DNA of 64,000 nt from Longimicrobiales bacterium (lineage in GTDB: Bacteria > Gemmatimonadota > Gemmatimonadetes > Longimicrobiales > Gaopeijiaceae): positions 3,136,001-3,200,000 of the forward strand of contig OZ241869.1 in NCBI GenBank assembly GCA_965202805.1, read 5' to 3'. Of this stretch, positions 29,780-39,273 are shown piece after piece. The stretch's first letter is position 1. Every line of letters starts with the position of its first letter. Below the pieces are notes generated by a model. That model had not been told where the DNA came from, did not search any database, and saw only the letters and a list, made by a program, of their open reading frames with translations. A program made the translations under genes and the position numbers.

Positions 29780-31632
29780 GGCTGTATCTCCGCATTCTGC
29801 GGTATCTGGGGCCCTACGTCGCGGTCTTTCTCGGCGCCATGGCCGCGAGCATCCTGTTCGCCGCGTTCGACGCCTTCTCGATGGTGCTCCTGATCCCGTT
29901 CCTGAGCGTCCTGATGACGCCGGAGGCGGGCGCCCTGAGCGGGGTCGGCGAGGGGATGCTGGGCCGGTTGCTGGAGGGCACCGCGGGCCGCTTCGTCGCC
30001 GGCGCGCCGGGGCCCCAGGAAGCGGTGCAGGCACTCATCCTGCTGATCCTCGCCGTCTTCGCGGTCAAGAACGTCTTCGACTTCCTGAAGACCTGGCTCG
30101 CCGCGCGCGTGGAGCAGGGGGTGACCCGCGACCTGCGCAACCAGGTGCATGATCACCTGCTCGAGCTCGACCTGGTCTTCTTCGGACGGACGCGCATCGG
30201 ACAGATCGTGTCGCGGCTGACCCACGATGTCGAGCTGGTGCGAACCCTGTTCACGCGCGAGTTGATGCGGGGCATCTCGGCCGTCTTCGAGGTGGGGGCC
30301 GTGCTGGTGCTCATGGTCGCGGTGTCCCCTTCGCTGACGCTGCTGTCGGTTGCGGTGCTGCCGGGCATGGTGGTCATCTGGGGACCGATGCTGAAGAAGC
30401 TGCGCAGGGAGGACGGGCGCGTCCTCGACCTGGCCGCCGGGGTGAATGCCCGGATTCAGGAAACCTTCTCGGGGATTCGCCTGGTGAAGGGGTCGGCGGC
30501 CGAAGACTACGAGCGCGGCCGTTTCCATGCGCTCACGGGACGCTACTTCAGCACCTTCCTGCGCACGGAGCGGGTGCGCGCGCTGGCGGCTCCGGTGACG
30601 GAGATGGTGGCCGCGCTCGGCACGATCGTCATCCTCTGGTACGGCACCCGGCTGGTGCTCGTGCAGGGCGAACTCACCGGGCCGGCGTTCATGGGCTTCG
30701 TGGCGCTCAGCACGAAGCTCTACAGGCCGATCAAGTATCTGAGCAAGCTGCCCGCCATGATCCAGCCCGCGATGGTCGGGGGCCGCAGGCTTTTCGAGTA
30801 CCTGGACGCTCCCGCGGCCATCCGCGACCGGCCGGAGGCGCTGCCGTTCCCCGGTGTCGAACGGGAGATCGTGTTCGACCGGGTCGGGTTCGCCTACCGC
30901 GAGGGAAGCCCCGTGCTGGAGGACGTGTCCCTCGTGGTCGAACGCGGGACCATGGTGGCGGTGGTGGGCCCGAGCGGGGCCGGGAAGAGCACCCTGGTCG
31001 ATCTGCTCAGCCGGTTCTTCGAGGTCACCTCGGGGAGGATCCTGGTCGACGGCACGGACATACGGCGGTTCCGGCTGCGCAGTCTGCGGGAGAAGATGGG
31101 GATCGTCTCGCAGGAGACCGTGCTCTTCCACGACACCGTGCGCGCCAACATCGCCTACGGGTTGCCGGGGGTCGAGGCGGGGGCGGTTGAAGAGGCGGCG
31201 CTCGCGGCTGGCGCCCACGAATTCATCGAAGCCCTCCCCGAGGGTTACGATACCGTCGTCGGCGAACGCGGCGCGGAGCTGTCCGGCGGACAGCGTCAGA
31301 GGCTGGCGATCGCGCGCGCCATCCTGCGCGATCCTCCGATCCTGATCCTCGACGAAGCCACCAGTTCACTCGACACCGAGTCGGAGCGCCGGGTGCAGCG
31401 CGCCCTGGACCGGCTGAGCGAGGGGCGCACGGTCTTCGTGATCGCACACCGTCTTTCCACCGTGCTGGGCGCGCGCGCGATCTTCGTGCTGGACGGGGGC
31501 AGGATCGTCGAGGCCGGGCACCACGACCAGCTGATGCGCGCCCGGGGGCTGTACCGGCGGCTCTACGAGATGCAGAGCGGGGTGCCGGCAGGGGAGCATC
31601 GCATGCCGCACGTGGTCGCGGCGAGGGGTTGA
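29776..31632 (+). CDS. msbA: ABC exporter, fused permease-ATPase (MsbA-like lipid A flippase)
   Basis: TM domain plus GPSGAGKS, LSGGQRQR, ILDEATSSLD, IAHRLST; adjacent to an LpxL-like gene. Confidence 0.75.
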   Translation: MRLYLRILRYLGPYVAVFLGAMAASILFAAFDAFSMVLLIPFLSVLMTPEAGALSGVGEGMLGRLLEGTAGRFVAGAPGPQEAVQALILLILAVFAVKNVFDFLKTWLAARVEQGVTRDLRNQVHDHLLELDLVFFGRTRIGQIVSRLTHDVELVRTLFTRELMRGISAVFEVGAVLVLMVAVSPSLTLLSVAVLPGMVVIWGPMLKKLRREDGRVLDLAAGVNARIQETFSGIRLVKGSAAEDYERGRFHALTGRYFSTFLRTERVRALAAPVTEMVAALGTIVILWYGTRLVLVQGELTGPAFMGFVALSTKLYRPIKYLSKLPAMIQPAMVGGRRLFEYLDAPAAIRDRPEALPFPGVEREIVFDRVGFAYREGSPVLEDVSLVVERGTMVAVVGPSGAGKSTLVDLLSRFFEVTSGRILVDGTDIRRFRLRSLREKMGIVSQETVLFHDTVRANIAYGLPGVEAGAVEEAALAAGAHEFIEALPEGYDTVVGERGAELSGGQRQRLAIARAILRDPPILILDEATSSLDTESERRVQRALDRLSEGRTVFVIAHRLSTVLGARAIFVLDGGRIVEAGHHDQLMRARGLYRRLYEMQSGVPAGEHRMPHVVAARG

Positions 31633-31650
31633 TTCCGGCGGGGAGCACGC

Positions 31651-32598
31651 ATGGGAGCGTCTGAGGGACGGCGCGCGCGCGCCCGGCACCGGGTCGAGTA
31701 CGCGCTCTTCCGCATGGCTGCGGGTTGTGCGGGGCTGCTTCCGGGGCGCTGGACCCAGGCGCTGGGGGCGGCGGCCGGATGGTTGGCCGGCAGCGTGTTG
31801 CGCATCCGCCGCCGGATCACGGAAGAGAACCTCGCGCGCGCCTTCCCGGAGCGCTCTTCCGCCTGGCGGGCCGGGGTGGCCCGGGCGAGCTACCGCCACC
31901 TCGGGCGCACGGCGGCCACGACCTTCCGGCTCGCACGCCTGACGCCCGCCGAGATCCTCGCGCTCTCCCGGGTGGAGGGGCGGGAGCTGCTGGCGGAGCC
32001 GGTGGCGCGCGGCGAGGGCGCCATCCTGGTCACCGGACACATCGGCAACTGGGAGGTGGGGGGCGGGGCGCTCGCGTGCCGCGGCCTTCCGCTGGACGTG
32101 GTGGTGCGCTCCCAGAACAACCCGCTCTTCGACCGTGCGCTGGTGCAGGCCCGCCGGCGACTGGGCATGAACGTGGTGTCGCGCGACGACTCGGTGCACG
32201 TCCTGCTCCGCCTGCTCCGCAAGGGCCGGGTCGTCGTGCTGCTCGCCGACCAGAATGCCCACGCGGGCGGCCTCATGGTGGACTTCTTCGGCGAAGCGGC
32301 CTCGACCGCCCGCGGCGCTGCCCTGCTCTCACTCCGCAGCGGCGCCCCCCTGGTGCTGGGCGTGGCCCTCCACCATCCGGCCGCCCCCGTTCCCCATCAC
32401 CTCGTCCTCGAACAGGTCTCCATTCCGCCGAGCGGTGTGCCGGCCCGGGACGTGGAAGCGCTGACGCGAGCGCACGTCGCCGCCCTCGAGCGCTGGGTGC
32501 GGCGCTATCCGGGCCAGTATCTGTGGCAACACCGCCGGTGGCCCCGCGCGCGAGCCGCCGGCCGGACGCTGGAACCGTCCCCACGCGGTCAGGTATAA
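31651..32598 (+). CDS. Lipid A lauroyl/myristoyl acyltransferase (LpxL/HtrB family)
   Basis: ENLARAFP, GHIGNWE, LADQ, VDFFG, PGQYLWQHRRW. Confidence 0.85.
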   Translation: MGASEGRRARARHRVEYALFRMAAGCAGLLPGRWTQALGAAAGWLAGSVLRIRRRITEENLARAFPERSSAWRAGVARASYRHLGRTAATTFRLARLTPAEILALSRVEGRELLAEPVARGEGAILVTGHIGNWEVGGGALACRGLPLDVVVRSQNNPLFDRALVQARRRLGMNVVSRDDSVHVLLRLLRKGRVVVLLADQNAHAGGLMVDFFGEAASTARGAALLSLRSGAPLVLGVALHHPAAPVPHHLVLEQVSIPPSGVPARDVEALTRAHVAALERWVRRYPGQYLWQHRRWPRARAAGRTLEPSPRGQV

Positions 32599-32688
32599 GC
32601 GCCAGCCTGTTGTTCCAACCGCCTGCGGTCCCATTCGGCCCCGATCTTGCAGCGCCGAGCAGACGTACACGGGCCCACGGAGTCCAGC

Positions 32689-33435
32689 TTGGTCTACATC
32701 TGCATACCCGCCCGAAACGAAGAGAACACCATCGGCGTGCTTCTCTGGAAGATCCGTCAGGTCATGGCCGGCTTCGGGCGCGACTACGAGATTCTGGTGC
32801 TCGACGACGGCTCCAGCGACGACACGCGCTCGCTGCTGTCGAGCTACCGGCGCGTCGTACCGCTCGTGGTCCTCTACGGGAAAAGGCGAATGGGGTATTC
32901 GGGGGCAACGGAAGAGCTGCTGCGCCAGGCCGCGCGCCGGGCCGAGTATCCGAAGCGGGACGTTGCGGTGACCCTCCAGGCCGACTTCAGCGACGACCCC
33001 GCCGGCATCGTGCCCCTCATGAAGACCATCGAAGGGGGCGCGGACATCGTGAGCGTCGCCTGCGCCGGGGAGCCGCCCGGCCTGACCCGTTCCGCCCGCT
33101 TCACCCGCTGGCTCGGGCACCGCTGGCTGCGCAGGGCGCTCAGATCGGCGCCGGTGTCGGATCCGTTCGGGGGCTTCCGGGCGTATCGTGTCGTGGTGCT
33201 CCGGAAGATGTTTGCCGAAGCAGGAGAGGAGGGATTCGGGCTCGCGGAAGGCTGGGCCGGCAACCTGGAGTTGCTCGGGCGCGCGTTTCCCCACGCCCGC
33301 GCGGTCGCCGAGGCCGTGGTCGAGGCACCCCGCAACCGGCGGGTGCGGCGATCGCGCTTCCGGGCGTGGCGCACACTGCGGGGCCTTGGCCGGGCCCGCG
33401 GCCGGGTGACCTTTGCCGCGGCGCAGGGATCATGA
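32689..33435 (+). CDS. Family 2 glycosyltransferase
   Basis: IPARNEENTI, LDDGSSDDT, SDPFGGFRAY; likely TTG start after GGAG. Confidence 0.8.
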   Translation: MVYICIPARNEENTIGVLLWKIRQVMAGFGRDYEILVLDDGSSDDTRSLLSSYRRVVPLVVLYGKRRMGYSGATEELLRQAARRAEYPKRDVAVTLQADFSDDPAGIVPLMKTIEGGADIVSVACAGEPPGLTRSARFTRWLGHRWLRRALRSAPVSDPFGGFRAYRVVVLRKMFAEAGEEGFGLAEGWAGNLELLGRAFPHARAVAEAVVEAPRNRRVRRSRFRAWRTLRGLGRARGRVTFAAAQGS

Positions 33436-34271
33436 CCCGCGCGATCGGCCTCGTCGCGCTCGCGCTGGGACTCGCCGCGATCCCGGCGGCCCACGCCCGC
33501 GCGCAGGCGCCGGCGCCCTGGGTGAAGCCGGCGGAACCCCTCGCAGCCCCCGTGCCGTTCGAAGTGGGCGAGTTCCTGGAGTACAAGGTCAAGCTGGGGA
33601 TCCTCAACGCCGGAGAAGGATCGCTCGAGGTCGCCGCCATCGAAGCGGTGCGGGGAACCCCGGCCTACCGTGCCGTCATGCGCATCGACGGCGGCGTGCT
33701 GTTCGCGCGCGTGCGCGACGTGTTCCAGACCTGGTTCGACACCCGCACGCTGACCAGCCTCCGCTTCATCCAGGACCAGAACGAAGTCGGGTCGAAGCGC
33801 TATCGACATTACGAGATGTTCCCGGAGCGCGGGGTCTGGGAACGCAGGGACGACGAGGAAGTGGGCGACCTGCCCACATCCCTGCCCCTCGATGACATCT
33901 CCTTCGTCTACTTCATCCGCACGCTGCCGCTGGAAGTGGGCGACGTCTACACCTTCAACAGGTACTTCAAGGACACCGGCAACCCGGTCATCGTGCGGGT
34001 GCTGCGCAAGGAGGAGAAGGAAGTCCCCGCGGGCATCTTCAAGACGATCGTGGTGCAGCCCATCATCCGCACCCGGGGACTCTTCGGCCAGGGCGGCCGG
34101 GCCGAACTGTACTTCAGCGACGACGACCGCCGGGCGCTCGTGTACATGAGGTCGAGCATCCCGATCGTCGGCAGCCTCACCCTGCACCTCACCAGCCCGC
34201 CCGCCTGGCAGCCCCAGCCCGGGGACACCACCGGCGAAAGCGAAACCACGGACACTCCACCGCCTCCCTGA
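33432..34271 (+). CDS. Secreted DUF3108-like protein
   Basis: Signal peptide, PFEVGEFLEY, LDDISFVYFIR, EVPAGIFKT, YFSDD. Confidence 0.75.
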   Translation: MTRAIGLVALALGLAAIPAAHARAQAPAPWVKPAEPLAAPVPFEVGEFLEYKVKLGILNAGEGSLEVAAIEAVRGTPAYRAVMRIDGGVLFARVRDVFQTWFDTRTLTSLRFIQDQNEVGSKRYRHYEMFPERGVWERRDDEEVGDLPTSLPLDDISFVYFIRTLPLEVGDVYTFNRYFKDTGNPVIVRVLRKEEKEVPAGIFKTIVVQPIIRTRGLFGQGGRAELYFSDDDRRALVYMRSSIPIVGSLTLHLTSPPAWQPQPGDTTGESETTDTPPPP

Positions 34272-34424
34272 GGGGAGGTCCGCGCGCCGATGCCGGTCAG
34301 CGGCGGTCGGCGTTGCGAACCCGTCTGGAGCCCCGGTTCCCCGAGGGTCGCGCGCACGGTCCCGCGCGACTCCCGCCGGCCCCCGCCGGCATGCCGCAGG
34401 CCCCCGGTTTGTTGTGACCGTCGC

Positions 34425-34445
34425 ACTGTATTACAGTCGTAATAC
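34425..34445 (+). promoter_or_regulatory. Overlapping palindromic operator of the vapBC operon
   Basis: ACTGTA-T-TACAGT (34425-34437) and GTATTAC-AGTC-GTAATAC (34428-34445), about 35 bp upstream of the antitoxin start. Confidence 0.6.
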
Positions 34446-34479
34446 GGGTTCCTTCCCTCTGGCCGGGGACAGTTTCTGG

Positions 34480-34743
34480 ATGGCGATTCGGACCGTGCGA
34501 CTCGGGGAGGAAGGGGAGACGACACTGGCCGATCTGCGCGAGCGGACCGGCCTGTCCATTTCGGAGGTGATCCGGCAGGCGCTGCGCACCCTTGCGGCAG
34601 AGCTGGACAGCGAGGCCGCCCGCCGCCCGTACGACGTCTACAGGAACATCGCCCTGCCTCGATCCGGCGGGTACGCCCTGGCGCCCTCCTCCCGGGCGAA
34701 GCAGGCAGTGGTGTTCGTGATCCGACGGAGGCACGCATCGTGA
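34480..34743 (+). CDS. Ribbon-helix-helix (CopG-like) antitoxin
   Basis: RTVRL...LADLRERTGLSISEVIRQAL RHH pattern; coupled to the PIN gene. Confidence 0.78.
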   Translation: MAIRTVRLGEEGETTLADLRERTGLSISEVIRQALRTLAAELDSEAARRPYDVYRNIALPRSGGYALAPSSRAKQAVVFVIRRRHAS

Positions 34744-35162
34744 TTCTGGTCGACACCGGACCGCTGGTGGCCCTCTTCACTCCCGCCGACGACTACCATC
34801 GGCACTGCGTCTCGGTTCTGGAGTCGATGAACGAGGAACTGGTGACGACGGCGCCGGTCCTCACGGAGGCGGTCCATCTGCTGCGCCCGGGAAGTCAGGG
34901 TCCTCCCAGGCTCGTTGAGTTCGTGCGGCAAGGGGGGCTCCGGGTTCTGCCGATGGACGACGAGAGCCTGCTGCGCGCCTTCCGGTTCATGGACCGGTAC
35001 TCGGACATGGCGATGGACTTCGCCGACGCCTCCATCGTCGCCACGGCGGAGAGTCTCAGGATCCACAGGGTGTTCACCCTGGACCGGCGGCGCTTCGCCC
35101 TGTACCGCGTGAAGCGCGGCCACCGCCGCGTACCCCTTTCGTTCGCAGAGCCCGCCGGATAA
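34740..35162 (+). CDS. vapC: PIN domain toxin, VapC
   Basis: ILVDTGPL, D..H, VLTE, MDFADAS, FTLDRR. Confidence 0.9.
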   Translation: MILVDTGPLVALFTPADDYHRHCVSVLESMNEELVTTAPVLTEAVHLLRPGSQGPPRLVEFVRQGGLRVLPMDDESLLRAFRFMDRYSDMAMDFADASIVATAESLRIHRVFTLDRRRFALYRVKRGHRRVPLSFAEPAG

Positions 35163-35171
35163 AGCGCCGCA

Positions 35172-36923
35172 GTGTCGAAGAAGCCGTCAACGGGGCGCCG
35201 GCTCCGGGTCGAGACGCCCGAGCACGTCCGACTGGACTACGAGCTGGCCGACGTGGGCTCGCGGCTGGCGGCCCTGCTGATCGACATGGCGATCATCGTG
35301 GGCGGCCTGCTCCTGCTCGCGATGGCCTACGCGCTGCTGCGGGGCGGGGGAATGTCGCTGGGCGAGAGTCTCGCCGCGAGCGTGCTGGTGCTCGGCTTCT
35401 TCGTGCTGCAGTGGGGATATTTCCTGCTGTTCGAGCTGCTGCGCGACGGCCAGACCCCCGGAAAACGTGCGCTCCGTCTGCGAGTGCTCCACTCCACCGG
35501 CCAGCCCCTCTCGGTGCGGGGCTCGGTAATCCGCAACGTGCTGCGCATCGTCGACTTCCAGCCGGCCATGACGGGCGTGCTCGGAGGGGGAGTGATCATG
35601 CTCACAGGCCGATCGCAGCGGCTGGGCGACCTGGCCGCCGACACCATCGTGGTGCGGGATGGCGACGCGGGCGACATGGCCTGGCCCGAAGCCTCGCCCG
35701 TCCCGGCCGCCGGCCGCCCGCTCCTCTCGGCCGGGCAGTTCGAGCTGCTGAGCGACTATCGCCGCCGGCGGGAGGACCTCGCGCACGAGGCGATGCACTC
35801 CGTTGCGAGCGCGGTACTGCAGGCGATCCGTCCGGCCGTCGAGGGGCATTCGCTTCTCGGAACGGTGTCGGCTGACGAGTTCCTGGTGCGGCTGTACGAC
35901 GAGGAGGAACCGCGCCGCGCGGCGGCCGGCGGTGTGTGGGGACTGCAGGCGGCCGCACTGGTGCGGGAGCAGCGAGAGGAATGGGCCCGCTACGGCGAGT
36001 TGCTGCGCGAGAGTCGCAGGGGCGGTCTCGGGCGGCTTCCGGAGAGGGAGCTGGGATCCTTCGGCCGCCTGTACCGCGGGATGACCGCCGATCTGGCCCG
36101 CGCCCGCACCTACGGTGCTCCGGCGTCCGTGCTGCGCAGCCTCGAACGCTGGACCGGAGCCGGCCACAATCTCCTCTACCGGGTCACCGGGGAGTCCATC
36201 GTGTCGGTGCGCCGCTGGATGACATCCGGATTTCCGAAGGCGGTGAGGACCCACCACCGGCCCATCCTGCTCGCGGTCCTGTTGCTCTTCGGCCCCCTGG
36301 GCATCTCGTACGGCCTCGTGCGATCGAACCCGGTTCTGGCCCGCTACATGACCTCGTCGGCCATGCTGGAACGGGCGGAGTCGACCCCCGGGGGGGACAT
36401 CGACGCCGAATACGTCGACATCCCCGGCACGCTCATGCCGCTGGCCTCGACGAGCCTCATCACCAACAACGTGCAGGTTGCCCTGCTGGCCTTCGCGGGC
36501 GGCGTTCTGGCGGGATCGCTGACGGTGCTGCTGCTGGTCTTCAACGGCGTGCATCTGGGCACCGTGCTGGGGCTGTACGCGAACGAGGGGCTGTTGGGGG
36601 TCATTCTCGCGTTCGTGTTCCCGCACGGCTTCATGGAGCTCACCGCGATCTGTCTGGCGGGCGGCGCCGGGCTGTGGCTCGGTTCCGCCGTCCTGGTTCC
36701 TGGTCGCCGCACACGCCGGGCGGCGCTGCAGGCGCGAGGCCGGGAAGCGCTCTCCATCCTGGCGGGGGTGGTCGGGTTGCTCGTGATCGCGGGGATCGTA
36801 GAGGGCTTCTATTCCCCGTCGGGCCTGCCGGCGGCCGCGAAGTTCACCTTCGGCGCCGCCACCGCGGTGCTGCTGGCGGTCTACTTCGCGGCGGGCGGGC
36901 GGGGGAAGGCGGGTCGGGCATAG
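35172..36923 (+). CDS. RDD family plus SpoIIM-like (DUF95) fusion membrane protein
   Basis: RDD: ETPEHV, SRLAALLID, GQTPGK, QRLGDLAADT; SpoIIM-like: ITNNVQVA, FNGVHLG, PHGFMEL, AGIVEGF. Confidence 0.85.
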   Translation: MSKKPSTGRRLRVETPEHVRLDYELADVGSRLAALLIDMAIIVGGLLLLAMAYALLRGGGMSLGESLAASVLVLGFFVLQWGYFLLFELLRDGQTPGKRALRLRVLHSTGQPLSVRGSVIRNVLRIVDFQPAMTGVLGGGVIMLTGRSQRLGDLAADTIVVRDGDAGDMAWPEASPVPAAGRPLLSAGQFELLSDYRRRREDLAHEAMHSVASAVLQAIRPAVEGHSLLGTVSADEFLVRLYDEEEPRRAAAGGVWGLQAAALVREQREEWARYGELLRESRRGGLGRLPERELGSFGRLYRGMTADLARARTYGAPASVLRSLERWTGAGHNLLYRVTGESIVSVRRWMTSGFPKAVRTHHRPILLAVLLLFGPLGISYGLVRSNPVLARYMTSSAMLERAESTPGGDIDAEYVDIPGTLMPLASTSLITNNVQVALLAFAGGVLAGSLTVLLLVFNGVHLGTVLGLYANEGLLGVILAFVFPHGFMELTAICLAGGAGLWLGSAVLVPGRRTRRAALQARGREALSILAGVVGLLVIAGIVEGFYSPSGLPAAAKFTFGAATAVLLAVYFAAGGRGKAGRA

Positions 36924-36972
36924 AGGATCCGGGAGCGACGGCGAATGCCCTTGGGCTTGCGTCCCCGGGCTG

Positions 36973-38319
36973 CTACAGCAGCCCCCGCTCCTTGACCTCG
37001 ATGTACTTGTCGAGCGTGGCCGCGAGCGTCCGGGATGGCGGCACGTCCACCACGAGGATCCCGGAACGCCTCATGGCCCGGAGCGCGAGCGCACGCGCCT
37101 GCACCAGCTCGGCCGCGGCCGCCCGGCGGAAGGCGTCGGCGTCGGTTCTCACCACCCGGCTTGCCGCTTCCTCCAGGCCCGGGTTGCCGATGGTCACGGC
37201 GAGCGGGATGTGCGCGCGCGCGACCCGGCCCAGCGAGCGCACCAGCGCCCGCGAGACGGTCTCGTCGATCACGTCGGAGAAGAGCACCACCAGCGAGCGC
37301 TTGCTGAAGGTTCGCCCCAGCGTCGCCATGGCCAGGGGATAGTTGGGCTCCACCCGGCGGGTCTCGACACCGGTGAGCGTCTCCGCGAGGCGGGAAAGGT
37401 CCACCCGCCTCGGCGCCGACAGGTGGCGGATGCGCTCGTCGAAGACCATCACCCCGAGTCGGTCGCCGTAGGCCTGCGCGCGGCTGGCCAGCAGCATGCA
37501 GGCGGCCAGCGCGATGTCGGCCCGCTCGCGGTCCAGGATGGTCTCGCGCATGTGACGGCCCGCGTCGATGGCGAGAACGACGTGCTGCCCGCGCTCCGCC
37601 TGATGGTTGCGCACCACGAAGTGCCGGTGCCTGGCGGAAGCCTTCCAGTCGATGGTGCGCGGATCGTCTCCCTTCACGTACTCTCGCAGGCTCTCGAACT
37701 CGGTGCCCTCTGCGCGCATGCGCGTGCGCCGGGGTCCCATCTCGTGGAGGGGGCGGCGAAGGCTGTGCTTTCGGTTCCGCAGGAAGTCACGGATGCCCGG
37801 CTGAACGCGCACCACGTCGGACGCCGGCACGGTGACGCGCGTCCACGCCAGCCCGAGCGGGCCCAGCGCGCGCAGGTGCAGGTCGCCGAGTTCCAGGAAG
37901 CCGCGCGCACGCGGCCGGATCCGGTAGGACCGCGACACCGACCCGCCGGCCGGCACGGTCAGCCGCACGCCCGCGTTCCAGTCTTCGTCGCCCCGCCGGG
38001 GGCCGAGGCGCTCGAACCTGGCATCGATGTCGTCGGTGAGCATCACGCGGACCGCGCGCGGGGCGGGGTTGGCGACCTCGACGACCGCTTCCCGGAAGGC
38101 GCCCAGGGAGGCCATCTCGGGCGCCCGCCGCCTCGCCTCCGGGGCCCGCGTCCGGCGCGCGTCCATCAGGATCAACCCTCCGATGACCAGATCGACCAGA
38201 AGGGCGACCGGAACCGAGACCGCCAGCAGCGGCGAGGCGAGGGCGAGCAGCCAGAGGGCGCGCCGGCTCGGGAAGGCGCGGATGCGTCGTCGCTCGAATG
38301 CCGGGGGAAGTTCGTCCAC
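36973..38319 (-). CDS. DUF58 (vWA-like) protein
   Basis: GPLGL, GTEFESLREYVKGDDPRTIDWKASAR, IDAGRHM, RSLVVLFSD. Confidence 0.88.
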   Translation of the reverse strand: MDELPPAFERRRIRAFPSRRALWLLALASPLLAVSVPVALLVDLVIGGLILMDARRTRAPEARRRAPEMASLGAFREAVVEVANPAPRAVRVMLTDDIDARFERLGPRRGDEDWNAGVRLTVPAGGSVSRSYRIRPRARGFLELGDLHLRALGPLGLAWTRVTVPASDVVRVQPGIRDFLRNRKHSLRRPLHEMGPRRTRMRAEGTEFESLREYVKGDDPRTIDWKASARHRHFVVRNHQAERGQHVVLAIDAGRHMRETILDRERADIALAACMLLASRAQAYGDRLGVMVFDERIRHLSAPRRVDLSRLAETLTGVETRRVEPNYPLAMATLGRTFSKRSLVVLFSDVIDETVSRALVRSLGRVARAHIPLAVTIGNPGLEEAASRVVRTDADAFRRAAAAELVQARALALRAMRRSGILVVDVPPSRTLAATLDKYIEVKERGLL

Positions 38320-38325
38320 GGGCTG

Positions 38326-39273
38326 CTATCGGGGCGCGTCCAGGGTTTCGAGCAACGCTGCCACCTCGTCGTCGGAGGATCGTCCCTCCACCTCCGCCTC
38401 GGGGGTGAGGACCACCCGGTGGCGAAGGATCGGGAAGGAGAGCGCCTTCACGTCGTCCGGGATGGCGAAGTCCCGTCCGTTGAGCCAGGCCTCGGCCTTG
38501 GCAGCCTGCAGCAGGGCCACCCCGGCGCGCGGGCTCGCCCCCAGCGCGAAGACCGATTCCTCGCGCGTCGCGCGCACGATGTCGGTGATGTAGCGGCGGA
38601 TGCGCCGGTCCACGTGCATGCGGTTGACGGCATCGCGCATCGCCAGCAGCTCCTCCCGGGACACCGGATCGCCCAGCGGATAGGTGGCTTCGTCGTCCGC
38701 GCGGAAGCCGGCGTCGTGGCGGTCGAGGATGCGGCGTTCGGCCTCCTCGGAGGGATAGTCCACCGAGATCTTCATCAGGAAGCGGTCCACCTGAGCTTCC
38801 GGGAGCGGATAGGTGCCCTCGTACTCGACCGGGTTCTGGGTGGCGAACACGGTGAAGGCCTCCGGAAGCGGACGGGTTACCCCGTCCACCGTGACCTGCC
38901 GCTCCTCCATCGATTCGAGCAGCGCGGCCTGGGTCTTGGCGGGCGCCCGGTTGATCTCGTCGGCCAGCAGCAGATCGGCGAAGACGGGCCCGGGCCGCCA
39001 GGTGAAATCGCGTCCGGTGTCGTCCAGGACATTCACCCCCGTGAGATCGGTGGGCATCAGGTCCGGGGTGAACTGCACCCGGCCGAAGTCCAGGTTCAGC
39101 CCCCGGGCGAGCGCCCGCACGGCCAGCGTCTTCGCCGTTCCCGGTACGCCTTCGACGAGGGCGTGCCCGCGGGCGAGGAGGGTGATCGTCATCTGCCTGA
39201 GCATGGTGGCCTGGCCGAGCACGATCTGGTCGAGGGCGGCGAGCAGGCGAAGCGCCGGATCCGGCGAATTCAT
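38326..39273 (-). CDS. MoxR family AAA+ ATPase
   Basis: EGVPGTAKT, RVQFTPDLMPTD, DEINRAPAKTQAALLE, ATQNPVEYEGTYPLPEAQVDRF, GASPR. Confidence 0.95.
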   Translation of the reverse strand: MNSPDPALRLLAALDQIVLGQATMLRQMTITLLARGHALVEGVPGTAKTLAVRALARGLNLDFGRVQFTPDLMPTDLTGVNVLDDTGRDFTWRPGPVFADLLLADEINRAPAKTQAALLESMEERQVTVDGVTRPLPEAFTVFATQNPVEYEGTYPLPEAQVDRFLMKISVDYPSEEAERRILDRHDAGFRADDEATYPLGDPVSREELLAMRDAVNRMHVDRRIRRYITDIVRATREESVFALGASPRAGVALLQAAKAEAWLNGRDFAIPDDVKALSFPILRHRVVLTPEAEVEGRSSDDEVAALLETLDAPR

